DNA of 64,000 nucleotides, taken from positions 544,001 to 608,000 of the forward strand of contig CBDBHB010000008.1 in assembly GCA_965205505.1 (NCBI GenBank), in the 5' to 3' direction. The position numbers were made by a program, and so were the translations under genes. The stretch's first letter is position 1. Every line of letters begins with the position of its first letter. This stretch comes from Acidobacteriota bacterium. GTDB lineage: Bacteria > Acidobacteriota > UBA890 > WLXD01. Shown in pieces: positions 60,238 through 64,000 of this stretch. The notes below the pieces were generated by a model. It was not told the DNA's origin and searched no databases. It saw only the letters and a list, made by a program, of their open reading frames with translations.

Positions 60238-62175
60238 ATGAGCAGGAAGCGCGATGAAGCCGCCAACCTCGAGCGTGGTGGCGAACCGCCCGGCGAACAG
60301 CATCTCGCAACAATCCGCCTACTGAGGCCGAAGACCGTATGGACGCGAGCGCGCAGCGCGATCCTGTCGAGCAGCTTCCGGTTGACTCTCGTGGGAACGA
60401 TCGCGCTGACGGTGAGCTGCGATGCCGTGGACGACGGGAGCGGCGGATCCGCCGCCGGCGCCGACTGGGTGCTCACCGGCGGCGACATCGTGACGATGGA
60501 CGACGCCAACCCGTCGGCCACCGCGATGGCGGTCGCGGACGGCGAGTTCACCTACGTGGGGGACGATGCCGGCGCGGCGGCCTTCGTGTCCGATGCCACG
60601 CGCACGGTCGATCTGACCGGACGCCTCGTGTTCCCTGGCCTCATCGACGGGCACACGCATCCCGGCTACATAGACCTCGAGGACTACGACGGGTCCGTCA
60701 GCGGCTCCAGCCGCGAGGAGTTCCTCGAATCGCTGCGCAACCACGTCGAGAGCTATCCGGGGGAGGGGTGGATCCGACTTTGCTGCTGGCCCAACGAGGC
60801 GTTCGTCGACGGGGCCACGGGGCCGCACCGACGCGACCTCGACCGCATCGTCGCCGACCGGCCGCTGTGGATCGCCAGCCGTTTCTGGCACAGCTACTGG
60901 CTAAACTCGAAGGCGCTCGAGGCGCTCGGGGTCGACGCCAGCACGCCCGATCCGCGGCCCGGAGTCGCCATGTACGCCCGCGACGCCGACGGCGTCCCCA
61001 CCGGGTGGGTCAAGGAGGGGGCCGGCTGGCAGCACCTGGCGTCGCAGTTCGATCCCGACGACGACGAGCACGAGGCCAGCGTCGTGGCCTTCCTGCAGAC
61101 GCTGTCGGAGAACGGCGTGACGACGGTCTACGACGGCGGCAACTTCGGCTACGAGGACCACGTATACGCCCTGCTGGCCCGTCTCGACCGTGCCGGTGAG
61201 TTGCCGCTGCGCTACGAGGGCACCTACCAGGTGTTCGTTCCCGAGCGTCGCTTCGCGGCGGTTGAGGAGATGCGTCGGCTGCAGCGGACGTATGGCGGCG
61301 AGCGGTTAAGGTTCCGCACCGTCAAGTTGTTCATGGACGGCATCAACGCCAATCGCTCCGGAGCCTTGCTCGAGCCCTACGCCGACGACCCTGGCTCCTC
61401 CGGCAACACCATGATGTCGGTGCCCGACTTGTCGGACTTCATCCTCGAGCTGCACGAGGCGCAGCTCGACCTGCACGTGCACACCATCGGCGACCGTGCG
61501 GTGCGTGCCACCCTCGATGCCGTGGAGGCGGCGAGGGCTGCGGTCGCGGGCGAGCTGTACACCCGCGTCACGCTGTCCCACCTGCAGCTCATCGACCCCG
61601 CCGACATACCGCGCTTCGCGCCGCTCGACGTCTCCGCCAACTTCACGGCGTGGTGGTTCGCCGGCGCGAATGCCGGCAGCTCAGGGGCACGAGGCATGGG
61701 CTCGGAGCGCACGGAGCGCACCTACATGGCCAAGTCGATGTTCGACGCCGGCGCCCGTGTGACCCTCTCCAGCGACGACTGGGGCCTTTCGGTCATCAGC
61801 CCGTTTCTGACCATCCACGGTGCCCACACACGCGTGGCGCCGCCTCGGCCGCCGCGAGGCGGGGATAGGACTCGACCGCCTCTACCTCCCGCCAGCGAAC
61901 GCGTCGATATGCATACGATCCTGCGCGGGTTCACCATCAACGGCGCCTACCCGTTCCGCTTGGAGGATCGCATCGGCTCGATAGAAGTCGGCAAGCTGGC
62001 CGATCTGGTGGTGCTCGACGAGGACTTGTTCACGATCGACCCCAAGGACATTCCCGACGTGCACCCTTCGGCGGTGATGATGGAGGGCGTGCTGGTCCAC
62101 GGCGATCTGCCGGGCGTGTCGTCGACGGCGATCGTCGATGAGGGCGGTGCGGGCAGCGCTGCGGCGGAGCAGTAG
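60238..62175 (+). CDS. Amidohydrolase-3 family lipoprotein
   Basis: PGLIDGHTH, VKLFMDG, HTIGD, LSH, GSIEVGKLADLVVLD; true start probably downstream. Confidence 0.92.
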   Translation: MSRKRDEAANLERGGEPPGEQHLATIRLLRPKTVWTRARSAILSSSFRLTLVGTIALTVSCDAVDDGSGGSAAGADWVLTGGDIVTMDDANPSATAMAVADGEFTYVGDDAGAAAFVSDATRTVDLTGRLVFPGLIDGHTHPGYIDLEDYDGSVSGSSREEFLESLRNHVESYPGEGWIRLCCWPNEAFVDGATGPHRRDLDRIVADRPLWIASRFWHSYWLNSKALEALGVDASTPDPRPGVAMYARDADGVPTGWVKEGAGWQHLASQFDPDDDEHEASVVAFLQTLSENGVTTVYDGGNFGYEDHVYALLARLDRAGELPLRYEGTYQVFVPERRFAAVEEMRRLQRTYGGERLRFRTVKLFMDGINANRSGALLEPYADDPGSSGNTMMSVPDLSDFILELHEAQLDLHVHTIGDRAVRATLDAVEAARAAVAGELYTRVTLSHLQLIDPADIPRFAPLDVSANFTAWWFAGANAGSSGARGMGSERTERTYMAKSMFDAGARVTLSSDDWGLSVISPFLTIHGAHTRVAPPRPPRGGDRTRPPLPPASERVDMHTILRGFTINGAYPFRLEDRIGSIEVGKLADLVVLDEDLFTIDPKDIPDVHPSAVMMEGVLVHGDLPGVSSTAIVDEGGAGSAAAEQ

Positions 62176-62230
62176 ACGAGCCTGGCGAGTTCAGCCAACC
62201 ACGCAGCGCGCTGCGCGGCGACTAACCGGA

Positions 62231-62363
62231 CGGTACTGTCAAGTTAAGCTGATTCTTGCCCGCTTAGGCGCCTCGCCCAGACCGCAAACGCCCGAATACC
62301 AGGGGTTTCCTGTCCTACGGGTCACGCGTTTCTTGCCGATTTCGAGTTAACTTGACAGTACCG
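62231..62363. mobile_element. MITE copy 2
   Basis: 17-bp perfect IR CGGTACTGTCAAGTTAA / TTAACTTGACAGTACCG; same orientation as copy 1. Confidence 0.9.
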
Positions 62364-62537
62364 TGCCAAAAACTGTGCCAGCGGATGGCCCGGAGCGGCG
62401 CGTTGCACGAGGCGGACTGCCGGTTGTGCCTGATGCTGCGCCCCTTCCTCGTGCCGATCCCCGGTTTGGCCTACCATCAGCGGCATCCCACGGTGACAGA
62501 CACGGGCCCCGCTGCCCATTGTGTGAGGAGTGCCGCG

Positions 62538-63038
62538 ATGAAACTCATGGGGCGAATTGTATTGACGCTGGTGTTGCTGCTCGGTGTGCCCATGTCATCG
62601 GTCAGTGATGAGGCGTCCACCCAGGGGGCCGACTCGGTCGACGCGGTACGGCAGATGTTCGTGGGCAACTACGAGCTCGTGAAACTCGAGTCGTTTCCGT
62701 CGCCCGGCGAGGTCGTTCCGCGGCACTTTATCGCTCGGATCATGTACGACGCCCACGGCAACATGGCGGCGATCGGCATGCCGAAAGATCTGCCAGAGCT
62801 CGACCGAGCGTCGGGCGACGAACGGGTACGACGTGGCTTTGCGTACTTCGGCAAGTTCCAGATCGACATCGAGCAAGGCACCGTCACCCACCACTTGATC
62901 GGCTCGCCCGTAGCGGCGCGATCGGTGGGCGAGGTCTGGGTGCGGTATTACGAGTTCGACGGCGACCTGCTGACGCTGTCCATCAAGAACGCTGAGGGTC
63001 GTATCACCAGCCAGCTAACATGGAAGAAGTTTAGATAG
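62538..63038 (+). CDS. Secreted lipocalin-like domain protein
   Basis: GAGGAG RBS; FVGNYELV, IMYDAHGNM, FAYFGKF, LTWKK. Confidence 0.82.
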   Translation: MKLMGRIVLTLVLLLGVPMSSVSDEASTQGADSVDAVRQMFVGNYELVKLESFPSPGEVVPRHFIARIMYDAHGNMAAIGMPKDLPELDRASGDERVRRGFAYFGKFQIDIEQGTVTHHLIGSPVAARSVGEVWVRYYEFDGDLLTLSIKNAEGRITSQLTWKKFR

Positions 63039-63123
63039 GGCGCAGCCTAGGTGATTGTTCCTGGCGCTACGGACGAGCGGAATCGAAGTTCGGTGGGCGG
63101 CTCCCGAGACTCGGCTGAGCGCG

Positions 63124-63177
63124 CTACGGGTCCGTCGGCACGAGCCGGTTGAGCGCGTCGAACCAGTTGGTGATTAG
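63124..63177 (-). repeat. Orphan kinase C-terminal tail 3 (LITNWFDALNRLVPTDP*)
   Basis: Direct translation; the downstream ~45 bp are also homologous to 28345-28390. Confidence 0.85.
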
Positions 63178-63603
63178 GGGCACATTTCCGCTGTTGCTCT
63201 GGCTACTCTGGCCGACGCTGGGGGAATTCCAGGAGCGTGCGGGGCCTCGTTGTTCGAAACCTCTATGCCTTTGTCGCTCTAGCAACTTTTTCAACGACGA
63301 AAACGCTGACCTCGAGGCGCTAGTAAATGACGATTGCCTCCTTTAGGTAGTCCAATACTGTCTCATCCGCGAAGGTCATCTCGACTGCTTGTTTGGTCTG
63401 GGGCCTTTTGCAATTGACGTGATATCGGCGAGGGGCAAGCCAGGAGACTGGCTCATCGTTCTGCGCATTCGCTCAGGAGCCTGATACAGGGACCGACGAA
63501 CTCCATAGAACAACCATGACGACGCCGCAAGACTGTCTCTTGACACGTGTAAACAGATGCCGTGTTGACGGGTATAGGTCACACCCCCTCGAGCCCGCCA
63601 ACA

Positions 63604-64000
63604 TCACCGTTTCACCGGCAAACTCGGAGCTTTCCTCCAGGGGGCCGAGTAAACAAAAGTGCCAGGGTGGTGCTGCTCCCAGTCGAACCAGTAATCCTTG
63701 ATCGCCGGTATGCGGCGCAGAGACTGACCTTCCAGCTCTCCCCCGACCGCACGCCCGGCGAAGTCCCACGTGCTGCCGGTCTGGGCGTCGACCAGGACCA
63801 AAGGCAGCGGCGTGACCTCGCCCGAATCCGGGTCGATGACGGCAGGCTCTACGGTTTGTCGAAACAAGTCGAGTACCTGGCCACCGACCTCGCGATCGAA
63901 ACAGCGCACCGACCGTCCGTCATCATCCACGACGACGAGAATCGACCGCCCGGCGAAACGATCTACGATGACGCTCGCGGCGGTCAGGGCGTCCATCGGA
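63604..64000 (-). CDS. DUF3179-family protein, C-terminal part (runs off the window)
   Basis: DAQTGSTWDFAGRAVGGELEG..L...YWFDW...HP.T.VY. Confidence 0.8.
   Translation of the reverse strand, partial: PMDALTAASVIVDRFAGRSILVVVDDDGRSVRCFDREVGGQVLDLFRQTVEPAVIDPDSGEVTPLPLVLVDAQTGSTWDFAGRAVGGELEGQSLRRIPAIKDYWFDWEQHHPGTFVYSAPWRKAPSLPVKR

Noticed and set aside
33785-62175. Diversity-generating retroelement template/variable pair
   Set aside because: There is no reverse transcriptase in the window, and the differences look like ordinary paralog divergence rather than adenine-specific changes.
63436-63455. Cobalamin riboswitch B12-box-like AGCCAGGAGAC
   Set aside because: The upstream conserved elements are absent and there is no suitable downstream gene.

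Overview
This is a mostly GC-rich bacterial window. The Ser/Thr kinase-PD40, VWFA-related, M14 and PQQ beta-propeller genes suggest an Acidobacteria/Vicinamibacteria-like host (inference). It has no core operon and reads as an accessory accretion hotspot. From left to right: (i) a decayed P4-type satellite (tyrosine integrase, AlpA, primase zinc finger) running into an IS1595 that interrupts hsdM; (ii) an intact tRNA-Leu(CAA) at 8064-8147 followed by integrase-less islands, marked by partial tRNA-Leu copies (23445 and 28588 on +, 34820 and 55651 on -) and by att relics of tRNA-Met, tRNA-Val and tmRNA; (iii) cargo blocks of apparently different origins, including a 4.2-kb block with archaeal-style signals (DUF6876, DUF2283/DUF4258-like TA pair, HerA-like ATPase), a low-GC NAD-dependent formate dehydrogenase, amrS plus a YbaK-family gene, a reductive-dehalogenase-like gene, DUF1800/DUF1501 and ilvA; (iv) IS5, IS3 and two direct copies of a ~130-bp MITE bracketing 28.7 kb. 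The most unusual signals are a tRNA-Leu/tmRNA chimeric att pair bounding a ~20.9-kb island, three orphan copies of the kinase C-terminal tail near island ends, the archaeal-looking module and a ~190-bp non-coding repeat. All family assignments come from motif recognition by eye and were not checked by database search. Chimeric assembly cannot be excluded.
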